DNA of 63,976 bases, the filler included, from Nanobdellota archaeon (GTDB taxonomy: Archaea; Nanobdellota; Nanobdellia; B33-G15): assembly GCA_003660925.1 (NCBI GenBank). It is 6 parts of 6 records of this genome, joined end to end, with 100 filler letters (N's around TTAATTAATTAA, not from the genome) between each part and the next. Parts side by side here need not be neighbours in the genome. Positions count along the whole stretch, not along the records: positions 35,908 to 47,010 come from QMVD01000019.1; positions 47,111 to 57,621 come from QMVD01000020.1; 4 more parts are not named here. One strand, given 5' to 3'. The translations under genes and the position numbers were made by a program. The notes beneath the pieces are model-generated. The model ran no database searches and had not been told where the DNA came from. It worked only from the letters and a program-made list of their open reading frames with translations. This document shows positions 37,861 through 47,127 of the stretch, piece by piece. Each line of letters begins with the position of its first letter. Position 1 is the stretch's first letter.

Positions 37861-38928
37861 ATGGGCGTCTCCTTCGAACTCGTGTGGTTTGACTCTTTAG
37901 GTGCCAAGAGCTCGTGTACTTTAGTGAAGACACCAGACATCTCCATCTTAATAGACCCTGGAGTGGCCATCATGCAACCGAGCTTTCCTGCCAGCCTTCC
38001 AGAAAAGCTTTACTGGGTGGCCCAAGCGAGGAGCGCTATAAAAGAGGCTGGTAGGAGGGCTGACATCATAGTCATTTCTCACTACCACTATGACCATTAC
38101 TTCCCCAGAGATATCGGATTCTATTCGGGTAAGCTCCTGCTCGCTAAAAATCCTAATGAGTTCATAAATGACTCCCAACGAGCTAGAGCTCTTGATTTTT
38201 ACTCCAAGATCTGTGAACACTTTGGGAAGGTGGAGTTGGAGTCCCTGCTAAAGAAGAGAAGGAAGAAAAGATATGGTGATCCTATGAGAGACTTGCCCAT
38301 CGCTAGGAATAAGGACTTCGGTGACTATAACGAGAGGAGAAGAGAGTTGCTCGAGAAAGGGATGAAGTGGTTCAGGAGGAGGGTCGAGAATTGGAATGGT
38401 AATTCAGAGATACCCGAGCTGAAGTTTGATGGGATAGAAGTGAGATATCCAGAGGGGAAGAACTTTCGCTTTGGGAAGACCAAGTTGAGGTTCACTAAAC
38501 CCCTCTTCCACGGCATAGAATTCTCAAGAGTTGGGTGGATCTTCGCCACCATAATCGAACACGGCGGAGAGAAGCTGATGCACTCGAGCGACGTGAATGG
38601 ACCCATCATAGAGGATTACGCAGAATTGATCATCAAGGAAAATCCTGATGTCCTCATCCTAGATGGCCCCATGACCTACATGCTGGGATACTTGCTGAAC
38701 AAGACCAACTTGAGGAGGGCAATAGAGAATGCAGTGAGGATCGTGGAAGAAACGGACACGAGGCTCATAGTCTACGATCATCATTTGCCTAGGGAGGCCA
38801 GATTCAAGGAAAACACAAGAGAGGTGTGGGAGGTCGCCGAGAAAGGTGGTAAAAGGTTACTCACGGCCGCAGAATTCTTAGGAGAAATGCCGAAAGTCTT
38901 GGTTTCAAGAAGTGAAACTAAAGTTTAA
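37861..38928 (+). CDS. UPF0282-type MBL-fold hydrolase
   Basis: DSLGAKS, IDPG, SHYHYDH and DHH motifs. Confidence 0.85.
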   Translation: MGVSFELVWFDSLGAKSSCTLVKTPDISILIDPGVAIMQPSFPASLPEKLYWVAQARSAIKEAGRRADIIVISHYHYDHYFPRDIGFYSGKLLLAKNPNEFINDSQRARALDFYSKICEHFGKVELESLLKKRRKKRYGDPMRDLPIARNKDFGDYNERRRELLEKGMKWFRRRVENWNGNSEIPELKFDGIEVRYPEGKNFRFGKTKLRFTKPLFHGIEFSRVGWIFATIIEHGGEKLMHSSDVNGPIIEDYAELIIKENPDVLILDGPMTYMLGYLLNKTNLRRAIENAVRIVEETDTRLIVYDHHLPREARFKENTREVWEVAEKGGKRLLTAAEFLGEMPKVLVSRSETKV

Positions 38929-38953
38929 ATATTGTTTCAATCTTCATTTATCC

Positions 38954-40318
38954 ATGCTTCGCGCGAGGCATTGCGTAATGATACTCATCCTACTCCTCTC
39001 CCTCCCCGCGAGTAGGGCGGACTACGTATGTGCCGTTTACTTCACGGGGATAGGTTGTCCTCACTGCGCCAAGACCGACCCCGTAGTTCTAGGATCCCTC
39101 CCTCTTGAGTATCAGAATTTAGTTATCATAGAATATGAAATTTACCAACAGCCCGAGAACGCCCCCCTCATCTACGCTTATGATTCTTACTACGGTTCTG
39201 GTTTGGGGATTCCCCTCCTCATCTTCGGGGAAGGGAATTATATTAGGGGAGATACCCCCATCCTTGAGAACGTGGAGGGGGTCATTCAGGGAATGAGCGA
39301 GAACCCCTGCCCTCTCCTCTCAGGGTCGGTGAGTTTTGAGGAGTTGAATTTGAGCTCCCTCCCAGGAAAGCCGAAGATCTGGGCGAATGGGAGGGTCCTC
39401 ATCCCGATAAATGAGAGCAGGGAGTCCCTGAACGAGGCCCTTTTCTCCCAAGATGTCCTTTCTTCCTTACCGCGATACGAGGTCGTGGAGCCAGAGCCCG
39501 TTCCCCTCTCAGGTCGCTACCTTTATTTCAACAATGCTGTTGAAGTAGGTGGGTGGTTACTGGAATGGAAAGAGGAGACGAGTGAAGAGGGAACGAGCCA
39601 ACAAGGAACGGAGCGAGGAAATCAGACGCTCACCTTGGCCAAGATAGCGTCCCTTGCAGCGGTGGACGCTGTGAACCCCTGTGCCCTCGCGGTCTTGACC
39701 CTCATCTTGGTGAGTATTCTGACTTATGACCCGAAAAAGAAGAAAAACGTGTTATTAGCGGGACTAGCTTTCACCTCTTCTGTCTATGTCATTTACCTCC
39801 TTTACGGTTTGGTCATCATAAGGTTCTTCCAGCTCATCCAATTCCTCACTTCCGTCCGTTTGTTCCTCTACAAGGTGCTGGGGATTGCAGCCATCCTCTT
39901 GGGCATCCTCCAGATAAAAGACTTCATCTGGTATAAGCCGGGAGGCCTCCTCACGGAGATGCCCATGAGTTGGAGGCCAAGGGTTCGAAAACTCCTCTCT
40001 GGTGTCACATCCCCAAAAGGAGCTTTCTTAGTCGGGGCCTTCGTGACTATTTTCCTCCTTCCCTGCACCATTGGACCTTATGTCATTGCTGGCGGCATCC
40101 TTTCCTTCTTGAAGTTGATGGAGACTCTTCCTTGGCTCCTGTTCTACAACCTCATCTTCGTTTCGCCCATGATAGGGATAACTTTGTTAGTTTACGGTGG
40201 GATAGCTAAGGTGGAGGACATCTCCGGCTGGAGGAGGAAAAACATCCAGAGGCTCCACTTGGTAGCAGGCCTCATCATCTTGTTCCTCGGGATCGGGATG
40301 TTATTTGGGTTGATATGA
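38954..40318 (+). CDS. Thioredoxin-like (CPHC) domain plus CcdA/DsbD-like membrane domain
   Basis: GCPHC; DAVNPCA and LPCTIGPY TM cysteine motifs. Confidence 0.85.
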   Translation: MLRARHCVMILILLLSLPASRADYVCAVYFTGIGCPHCAKTDPVVLGSLPLEYQNLVIIEYEIYQQPENAPLIYAYDSYYGSGLGIPLLIFGEGNYIRGDTPILENVEGVIQGMSENPCPLLSGSVSFEELNLSSLPGKPKIWANGRVLIPINESRESLNEALFSQDVLSSLPRYEVVEPEPVPLSGRYLYFNNAVEVGGWLLEWKEETSEEGTSQQGTERGNQTLTLAKIASLAAVDAVNPCALAVLTLILVSILTYDPKKKKNVLLAGLAFTSSVYVIYLLYGLVIIRFFQLIQFLTSVRLFLYKVLGIAAILLGILQIKDFIWYKPGGLLTEMPMSWRPRVRKLLSGVTSPKGAFLVGAFVTIFLLPCTIGPYVIAGGILSFLKLMETLPWLLFYNLIFVSPMIGITLLVYGGIAKVEDISGWRRKNIQRLHLVAGLIILFLGIGMLFGLI

Positions 40319-40807
40319 GCTATTCCTTTTGGTACCTATGATGGCTACTTTCCACACGACCTTCTTCGGGTTTCTTTCCAACGTTAATCCTGCTCTCCTA
40401 CAGGTCTCGAAGACATGGACACCATGCGCTTCTGGTTTGTAAAGGATCAAGGCATTCGGCATGTCAGAAGCCACTTTCTCGCAGATTTCTCTCAAGCGTT
40501 TGTCCACCTTCTTCTGCCAATACAATAAACATCTCGCTTTCCTGTCGCTCCAATTCGGATGTCTTTCCTTCATCCTCTTGACGTGCTCCTCGAGGTCAAA
40601 CTTAACCGCAACTAAGACGAAAGGAGGCTCAGCAATTTCTTCTAGTAAGGGAGCTTTAGGGGGACATGTCTCGTCCTTCCCATAGTTTGGGCAACCTTTA
40701 GGATGTCCTGGGTATGGTAGTCTGCACCATGCCCGAGAACGATGGTCAATGACTACCTCTTTCAGCTTCTTGATCATCACATCATTGTTTTGAACCTCCC
40801 AGACCAT
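40301..40807 (-). CDS. DUF2284-like metal-binding protein
   Basis: GCPNYG...CPP and PEA.GV.V motifs; start may be 40777. Confidence 0.8.
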   Translation of the reverse strand: MVWEVQNNDVMIKKLKEVVIDHRSRAWCRLPYPGHPKGCPNYGKDETCPPKAPLLEEIAEPPFVLVAVKFDLEEHVKRMKERHPNWSDRKARCLLYWQKKVDKRLREICEKVASDMPNALILYKPEAHGVHVFETCRRAGLTLERNPKKVVWKVAIIGTKRNSSYQPK

Positions 40808-41003
40808 CTATCCTCAAGAGAGCGATACCCCTATTTAGAGTTTACCCTACAAAGTTTAAATACCACTTAAAAGTGATGCTAACATGGGAAAATGTGTGGT
40901 TTTTCTTGGGGTCAGTGGGATTCCGAAGTTTAATGAGGGGCTAAGTACCTGATGAGTTTGAGCAATTAAGGGGTATTTAAAGGGCATTTAACGGCGGAGA
41001 AAA

Positions 41004-41087
41004 CGCCCGGGGCAGGATTTGAACCTGCGAGGGCGTGAGCCCACCTGCTCTCGAGGCAGGCGCCTTACCTGGCTAGGCTACCCGGGC
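41004..41087 (-). tRNA. tRNA-Ser(CGA)
   Basis: Reverse complement: GCCCGGG..CCTGC-CT-CGA-GA-GCAGG, long variable arm, GGTTCAAATCC, CCCGGGC-G. Confidence 0.95.
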
Positions 41088-41111
41088 ACAAGAGAAAGAG
41101 TTTAAGGTTCG

Positions 41112-41783
41112 TTAAAAAGCTTTCTTCAACAGTTTCACAGGATTGCCTCCCCAGACAGTGTTTGAGGGGATTTTCTTGTTCTTTGGGATCAGAGAACCTG
41201 CCCCGATGATGACGTTGTCCCCTATCTCCACCCCTGGCAGGATTATGGCGCTGTCCCCTACCAAACAATTCTTCCCTACCCTTATCTTCCTCAGGATGAT
41301 TTTCTTCCCTTCATAAACGTGATTGAGCAACTTAGCTTCCCCTCCTATGATGCTCCCTTCACCTATTTCTGTCAAGGGAGGTTCAGTGATCTTTCCTGCT
41401 ATGAAGACCTCTTTCCCACACTTCGCTCCAAACAGCTTCGGAAGCCAGGGAAAGATGGGAGTAATCCGCAAGAACTCGAAACAGAGGATGTAAATGAAGC
41501 CCCTGAGCATCCAGCTCAGAAATCTCTCATTTCTCAAGCTAGCCTCGAACGTCCCTTCCTCGTACACGAAGGGCCAAGCCCTGTAAAAGAGGGAAGAGAA
41601 AAGGAGGACGACGAGGGGGATGAAAAGGAAGAGAGAAAAGAAAGCCGTGAGGATCTTAAGGGGGAACCACTGAATGGAAAGGGAAAAGTTGAGGAAGAGG
41701 TAAACCACCGAGAAGCTCAAGAAAGCCCAGACCAGCAAATATATCATGCCGAGGAGGCCCACTGAGAAGGCCCTCATTCCCAT
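41112..41783 (-). CDS. Membrane-anchored hexapeptide-repeat acyltransferase
   Basis: N-terminal TM segments; IG..hexapeptide repeats; WGGNP. Confidence 0.85.
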   Translation of the reverse strand: MGMRAFSVGLLGMIYLLVWAFLSFSVVYLFLNFSLSIQWFPLKILTAFFSLFLFIPLVVLLFSSLFYRAWPFVYEEGTFEASLRNERFLSWMLRGFIYILCFEFLRITPIFPWLPKLFGAKCGKEVFIAGKITEPPLTEIGEGSIIGGEAKLLNHVYEGKKIILRKIRVGKNCLVGDSAIILPGVEIGDNVIIGAGSLIPKNKKIPSNTVWGGNPVKLLKKAF

Positions 41784-41820
41784 ACTCCTTTCTCTCTTGC
41801 TTCTAAATAAATACCTTTGC

Positions 41821-42333
41821 TCAGAACCTTTCCCAGTGAACCATCTCTTCTAAAGGTTTCCTCTTCCTGAAAGTATGCAGGACTTTCCTAGAGATGTCCA
41901 AACCTTCTTTCTCATAACCGACTGTGACCAAAGCAACCACTCTCAGACGATCCGGGATCCCTAGTAACCTCTTTACCTTCTCCTCCCTGAAATCTCCTAT
42001 CCAACACGTCCCCAATCCCAGATCAGTGGCTGCCAGGACGAGGTTCTGGAGTGCGATAGCAACATCTATCTGGTAGAACTTCGAACGAGGATCGCCACAT
42101 CCAACTATCAGGACAGGAGCATCCTTGATGAACCTGGCGTATATGGTGCCCCTCGCGATCCCCTCCCTCACTTTCTGGTCAGTCACGACCACGAAGTGCC
42201 AAGGCTGTAAGTTCTTAGCGGAAGGGGCCAACCTCGCTGCTTCGAGAATCTTCAACAACTTCTCCTTCTCAACAGGCCTTTGCTGGTATTTCCTGACGCT
42301 CTTCCTCTTCCTTATGGCCTCCAGGGTCTCCAT
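41821..42333 (-). CDS. Nitroreductase family protein
   Basis: RKSVRKY, APSAKNLQPW and GLGTCW motifs. Confidence 0.95.
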   Translation of the reverse strand: METLEAIRKRKSVRKYQQRPVEKEKLLKILEAARLAPSAKNLQPWHFVVVTDQKVREGIARGTIYARFIKDAPVLIVGCGDPRSKFYQIDVAIALQNLVLAATDLGLGTCWIGDFREEKVKRLLGIPDRLRVVALVTVGYEKEGLDISRKVLHTFRKRKPLEEMVHWERF

Positions 42334-42403
42334 AGGGAAATAGGTGAATGTTCATTTAAGCGTGTTATTGTTTATTAGAGAGTGGTAAACTTTTTAATTA
42401 GAG

Positions 42404-43252
42404 ATGTGGAAAAGAAAAGACATGCGCCTCGTGTTCCCATATTCCAACGAACACAACGTGGTGCGTTTTGTCAGGAAGATAACTCAAAACTATCTCGAGG
42501 AACACCCTGGACCTTGTAAGGCTATAATTGGGGGAGGCACCACTCTCCTTTCCATCCTCCACGAGGAGATGGAACGTTGCGAGGCAGTGGACATAAATCC
42601 TGTCCAAGTGGCTAACTTCGAAGTGTCCAGGAGGTTGATAAAGGGGTCGAAGAACCTGGAAGAACTCATCTCCCTCGAGTCAGGGGGTTTCGATGGGGAG
42701 AAGCGTGATCCCAAAATCGTGAGGAAAGCTTTCTCCCTACTGGGAAAGGAGTTCTTTCCTCTCTACGTGAAGAGAATGAGGAGCGATGTGCTCTACGGGT
42801 GTAAGGGGTGCGAGTGGGATTGTGGAAAGCACATCCCATCGGTCTTCGAGGCCTATCCTCTCTACTCTGAAGACCAATATCCCATAACGAAGAAAGTATT
42901 GGACAAGGTGAGCGTGAAGATAAAGGACGTGAGAGACGATGACGGGGAGAAGTATGCCCTCATGTACCTGTCCAATGTGGTGGATCACATGAGCTCACAC
43001 ACTATCATTCGTGCCATCGAGCAGTTGGAAGAGCCTGGTTTAGCCATCTGCCTTACAGTTTTCCCAGAGACGGCGTCTTTCCTGAAGGAATTCTTGGGGA
43101 GAGACGGATTTGAGGTCATCTCTTTCCTAGAGTTACTGAAGGAACAAAAAGAGCAAAAGTGTGTCAGGAAGGGTTTGGTGATCCCAACTTATCTACCCCT
43201 CATTATTTCTAATGGCATACCTAGACGAGAGATAAAAGAGCAACTTATTTAA
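42404..43252 (+). CDS. Hypothetical SAM-binding-fold protein (DUF3419/BtaA-like)
   Basis: SNE, IIGGG..LLSIL, AVDINPVQ and MYLSNV.D motifs. Confidence 0.55.
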   Translation: MWKRKDMRLVFPYSNEHNVVRFVRKITQNYLEEHPGPCKAIIGGGTTLLSILHEEMERCEAVDINPVQVANFEVSRRLIKGSKNLEELISLESGGFDGEKRDPKIVRKAFSLLGKEFFPLYVKRMRSDVLYGCKGCEWDCGKHIPSVFEAYPLYSEDQYPITKKVLDKVSVKIKDVRDDDGEKYALMYLSNVVDHMSSHTIIRAIEQLEEPGLAICLTVFPETASFLKEFLGRDGFEVISFLELLKEQKEQKCVRKGLVIPTYLPLIISNGIPRREIKEQLI

Positions 43253-43275
43253 TCATCCTTCATCTTCTATTTTTC

Positions 43276-44583
43276 ATGCCCTATCAGATCATCCTCGGGA
43301 GAAGCAAGGATGAGAGGGAAGAACTGGGGACGAAAGGGGCAGTCTTCATAGGGAAGCAATACGTGACCATGGGGAAGACCACGAGCATGGCAAATGAAGT
43401 ATATCTGGACGTGGCCAAGCCACATGTCATCCTCATATCTGGAAAGAGAGGAAGCGGGAAGAGTTACACCATGTCCGTTATAGCTGAGGGCGTGGCCGAA
43501 ATGCCCGAGGAGGTGAAGAACAACCTTTCCTGTCTCTTCTTCGACACAATGGGGATATTCTGGAGTATGAAGTACCCAAATTACAGGCAAAGGGAGTTGC
43601 TGGACGAATGGAGGATAGAACCCAAAGACTTCAGTGATAGGATAATTGTCTTCGTTCCGAAAGGGGTGTTCGAGGAGATGAAGGAGAAGGGGATCCCTGT
43701 GGATGAACCATTCTCCTTGAGGGTAAGTGATCTAGACGGGATGGATTGGTGTTCCACTTTTGACCTGAGCATAAACGAGCCTCTGGGCGTCCTGATCCTG
43801 AGGGTGATAAACAGGTTGAGGAAGAAAGGGAAACCTTTTGATATAAGTGACATCGTGGGTGAGATAGAAAGCGATGAGAGGGCAGACAAGGATACGAAGG
43901 AGGCAGCCATCGCCAGATTCAAGATGGCTGAGGGATGGGGCATATTTGACAAGGAGGGGACAACTACTAAAGAATTGCTAAGGAGGGGCAAGGTGAGCGT
44001 CTTAGACGTTTCTTACTACAGTCACGCTAGTAGGGGATTCAGCATAAGGGCTTTGGTCATAGCCCTACTAGCGAGGAAGATCCTGAAGGAGAGGATGACG
44101 GCCAGGAAGATAGAAGAGTTGGCGAGCATCCAAAGGGGGTGGAGCTATTTCAAAGTAGACTATAAGGAAAAGAAACAGGAGCAGATACCCTTGGTCTGGA
44201 TATTCATAGACGAGGCGCACGAGTTCCTCCCAAGGACCGGGGAGACCATCGCGACAGGCCCTTTGATCCAGATCATAAGGGAAGGGAGGCAACCTGGGAT
44301 CTCCCTCGTCCTGGCTACCCAACAGCCAGGAAAGATACATACTGATGTCATGACTCAATGCGATTTGATCATATCCCACAGGGTCACCTCCAGCATGGAC
44401 GTGAAGGCCTTGAGCGATATCATGCAGTCCTACATGCCTTACTCCCTTACGAGATACTTAGATGAGCTCCCGAAGTTAAGGGGGGCAGCCATAACTCTTG
44501 ATGATAAGCAAGAGAGAGTTTACCCCATTCAGATAAGGCCTAAGTATACGTGGCACGGGGGAGAAGAGCCTAGTGCGATATGA
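43276..44583 (+). CDS. HerA/FtsK-like ATPase (DUF87)
   Basis: GKRGSGKS, IDEAHEF, REGRQPG and ATQQP motifs. Confidence 0.9.
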   Translation: MPYQIILGRSKDEREELGTKGAVFIGKQYVTMGKTTSMANEVYLDVAKPHVILISGKRGSGKSYTMSVIAEGVAEMPEEVKNNLSCLFFDTMGIFWSMKYPNYRQRELLDEWRIEPKDFSDRIIVFVPKGVFEEMKEKGIPVDEPFSLRVSDLDGMDWCSTFDLSINEPLGVLILRVINRLRKKGKPFDISDIVGEIESDERADKDTKEAAIARFKMAEGWGIFDKEGTTTKELLRRGKVSVLDVSYYSHASRGFSIRALVIALLARKILKERMTARKIEELASIQRGWSYFKVDYKEKKQEQIPLVWIFIDEAHEFLPRTGETIATGPLIQIIREGRQPGISLVLATQQPGKIHTDVMTQCDLIISHRVTSSMDVKALSDIMQSYMPYSLTRYLDELPKLRGAAITLDDKQERVYPIQIRPKYTWHGGEEPSAI

Positions 44584-44601
44584 AGAGAAAAAGAAAAGGT
44601 T

Positions 44602-46020
44602 TTATCGGCAGAGTTCTTCTGCGGCCTTCAGCGCTTGTCTCGCGAGGAATATCCTTCCTTGACTGAGGAGTCTCTGGGCAGCTTCTATGGCGGTCCGACA
44701 CGCCTCGGACCTGGTCGGCAGGGCCTGAAGCTGTTGGATGCTACTCGGGATGTCCTCCGTGCTCTTCCTCACTTCCTCGTTCACCAAATCCCTTGTCAGC
44801 AAGTGCCTGAACTTCCACTCTATCCTCCTCTTCAAGTGTATGAGTTTCTCGCACCTCTTGAAAGCCTCCCAGTATTTTCCTTCCCTGTAGGCTTGGATGG
44901 TTTCGCTTATCTCTGCTCTAGGGACGGGTATTCCTGCTCTCTCCAAAGCCCTGAACTGGTGGATGGTTAGGTTGCACCTATCCACTATGCGGTCCCACCT
45001 CTCCCTTATCCTTTGTTTCACTTGCTGTAGCCTTATCGTCCAATTGCCTTCTGCCTCCTTCAAATGTTGTCTGAATCTCCTTTGTATCTCCCTCGCTATT
45101 CTGGCTGGGATCCCCGTGACGTGGTCCACCTCTATTCCCTCTGCCTCCAAAGCGTCAGCTATCTGCCTAGCTAGGTCAGGCTTTCCAAGCACGAAAAGCC
45201 TGCTGTAAGTCGCGTTCTTCACCTTCTGGACGACGCTGTCTATTTCGTCCGCACTCCACACTAGGATGACTCTTCCCCTAGGCACAGCAGGAGCTTTCAC
45301 GTGGTCCGTCCAATTACCCACTGCTATGATCACCAGAGGCACGTTTTCTCCCCATCTCTCTTTAATTTTCCTTTCAACCCTCTTTTCAACCTCTTCTTTG
45401 ATTTCCCTGGCTTCCCCCGTAATTTGCTCATAAGAGATCCCGAGATTGCTTAATTCACCTAAGACTCCTGACTGAACGTTCCCTATGACCGTCACATTGT
45501 TAACTCCCAACTGTTGGAGCACCTCACTGACCACGTCTGGCAGTTGGTCTGATGGAATGATGAAAACGGGGATGTCCTCAGCTTTTGCTAGTTCCTTAGC
45601 CTGGGCAACTAGGTCTGGGTCTCCACCTTCCGGTGCACCAACTTTGTCGACGACTAAGACAGCCCTCACACTCCCGTCTTGCCAGAAGAAAAGGGCCACT
45701 TCTGCAGCAGTTCCCACCCTCGTGATCCCGAATATACGTGTGACGTTGTAAGTGGTGTTCAATTGTGCCTCCACATCCTCGCTTATCACCACAGGCCCCC
45801 CGAAAATGTATATATCTGTAGGTGTGAGGTTTTGAATCTCTGCGAGTGTTTCGTTTGGGATCTCATCTGGTTCTACTATCAAGACCTCTGCCCCTATTCT
45901 GTTTGCGACCACGTCAGCTATCAACGCGTCTGGGTAGTTCACCCCCGACACTAAGATCACGCTCTCCGCCTTTGCAACGCTGAAAGCCATGAAGAGTAGT
46001 AAGAGCATTGCCTTCCTCAT
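44602..46020 (-). CDS. Secreted protein with CW_binding_2-like repeats and a helical C-terminus
   Basis: Signal peptide; NYPDAL, IFGGPVVIS and RIFGITR motifs. Confidence 0.75.
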   Translation of the reverse strand: MRKAMLLLLFMAFSVAKAESVILVSGVNYPDALIADVVANRIGAEVLIVEPDEIPNETLAEIQNLTPTDIYIFGGPVVISEDVEAQLNTTYNVTRIFGITRVGTAAEVALFFWQDGSVRAVLVVDKVGAPEGGDPDLVAQAKELAKAEDIPVFIIPSDQLPDVVSEVLQQLGVNNVTVIGNVQSGVLGELSNLGISYEQITGEAREIKEEVEKRVERKIKERWGENVPLVIIAVGNWTDHVKAPAVPRGRVILVWSADEIDSVVQKVKNATYSRLFVLGKPDLARQIADALEAEGIEVDHVTGIPARIAREIQRRFRQHLKEAEGNWTIRLQQVKQRIRERWDRIVDRCNLTIHQFRALERAGIPVPRAEISETIQAYREGKYWEAFKRCEKLIHLKRRIEWKFRHLLTRDLVNEEVRKSTEDIPSSIQQLQALPTRSEACRTAIEAAQRLLSQGRIFLARQALKAAEELCR

Positions 46021-46129
46021 AGGGGAATACAGTCACGCATCTTTTAATAAGGTTTTGGGTGATACTTTGCTCTTTTCAACAGGAAGAAGCCACTGAAGCG
46101 TACAACCTAAGAAGTGAACGGGAGAAACC

Positions 46130-46510
46130 ATGGAAAGGTTTTTATGTCACCATTTTGACATAACTCTCATGGAGGAGGCCATAATCTTTCCGATATACGA
46201 GAGGATTGAGAAGTTCAAGAAGTTAGGTTCTCTGAAAGAGACCGGACCCGTCTTAGCTTTCATCCACATATACTTGAGAGAGAAGACTGGTGGCAAGGGA
46301 AAGGTAGTGATAAAAAATGTGGCCAGGGAGCTGGCGAAGGAAGCAATTGTGGAGGAGGTGCATATAGTTGCTGGGGAGTGTGATATAATCTTAAAGGTGA
46401 GAGCAAAAAGCGTGTTCGAGTTAGGACAGTTCGTGGCAGGAAAGTTGAGAACTATAAAGGGTATCGAAAAAACGGTCACTTCTATTGTTTTAGAAAGCGT
46501 GAAGGAGTGA
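46130..46510 (+). CDS. Lrp/AsnC ligand-binding-domain protein with a degenerate HTH
   Basis: EEVHIVAGECDIILKV..GIEKTVTSIVL; only the YERI.K..KLG remnant of the HTH is left. Confidence 0.7.
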   Translation: MERFLCHHFDITLMEEAIIFPIYERIEKFKKLGSLKETGPVLAFIHIYLREKTGGKGKVVIKNVARELAKEAIVEEVHIVAGECDIILKVRAKSVFELGQFVAGKLRTIKGIEKTVTSIVLESVKE

Positions 46511-47010
46511 TGAACTTAGAGGATCTTAGGTATCAAGTCGAGAATTGCAAGAAGTGTGAGCTCTGGAAAACAAGGAATCGCCCCGTTCTTGGAGAAGGAA
46601 ACCCTAAGGCGGAGATTATGTTCATCGGGGAAGCTCCGGGAAGGGAGGAAGACAAGTTGGGGAGGCCTTTCGTTGGGGCAGCAGGGAGGTTGCTGGATGG
46701 GATCTTTTCCGAGATAGGGATAGATAGGGAGGAAGTTTACATAACTAACGTTGTTAAGTGTAGGCCCCCTGGAAACAGACAACCCACCAAGCGAGAGATG
46801 AGGGCGTGTTCGGTCTACTTGGATAAGCAGATCTCCATCATTAGACCAAAAGTCATAGTGGCTCTCGGAAACACCGCTGCTTCTTACATCTTAGACAGAT
46901 ACAACATGAGATTCACCTCCATGGAGAGGATGCATGGTGAGGTCTTCAGGATCGGGACCATGTGGGGAGAGATAAAAGTCTTACTCACCTATCATCCTGC
47001 CGCTGCCCTA
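46507..47010 (+). CDS. udg: Uracil-DNA glycosylase family 4 (3'-truncated)
   Basis: CKKC.L, GEAPG, PFVG, KCRPP.NR and YHPAA motifs. Confidence 0.95.
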
Positions 47011-47110
47011 NNNNNNNNNNNNNNNNNNNNNNNNNNNNNNNNNNNNNNNNNNNNTTAATTAATTAANNNNNNNNNNNNNNNNNNNNNNNNNNNNNNNNNN
47101 NNNNNNNNNN
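47011..47110. other. Artificial contig linker
   Basis: N44-TTAATTAATTAA-N44. Confidence 0.98.
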
Positions 47111-47127
47111 CTCGCGGAGGGATTGAA

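Noticed and set aside
40860..41000. Intergenic region with GTGATG and CTGATGA motifs as a possible C/D sRNA or hammerhead ribozyme
   Set aside because: Box order and spacing do not fit; no supporting stems or target found
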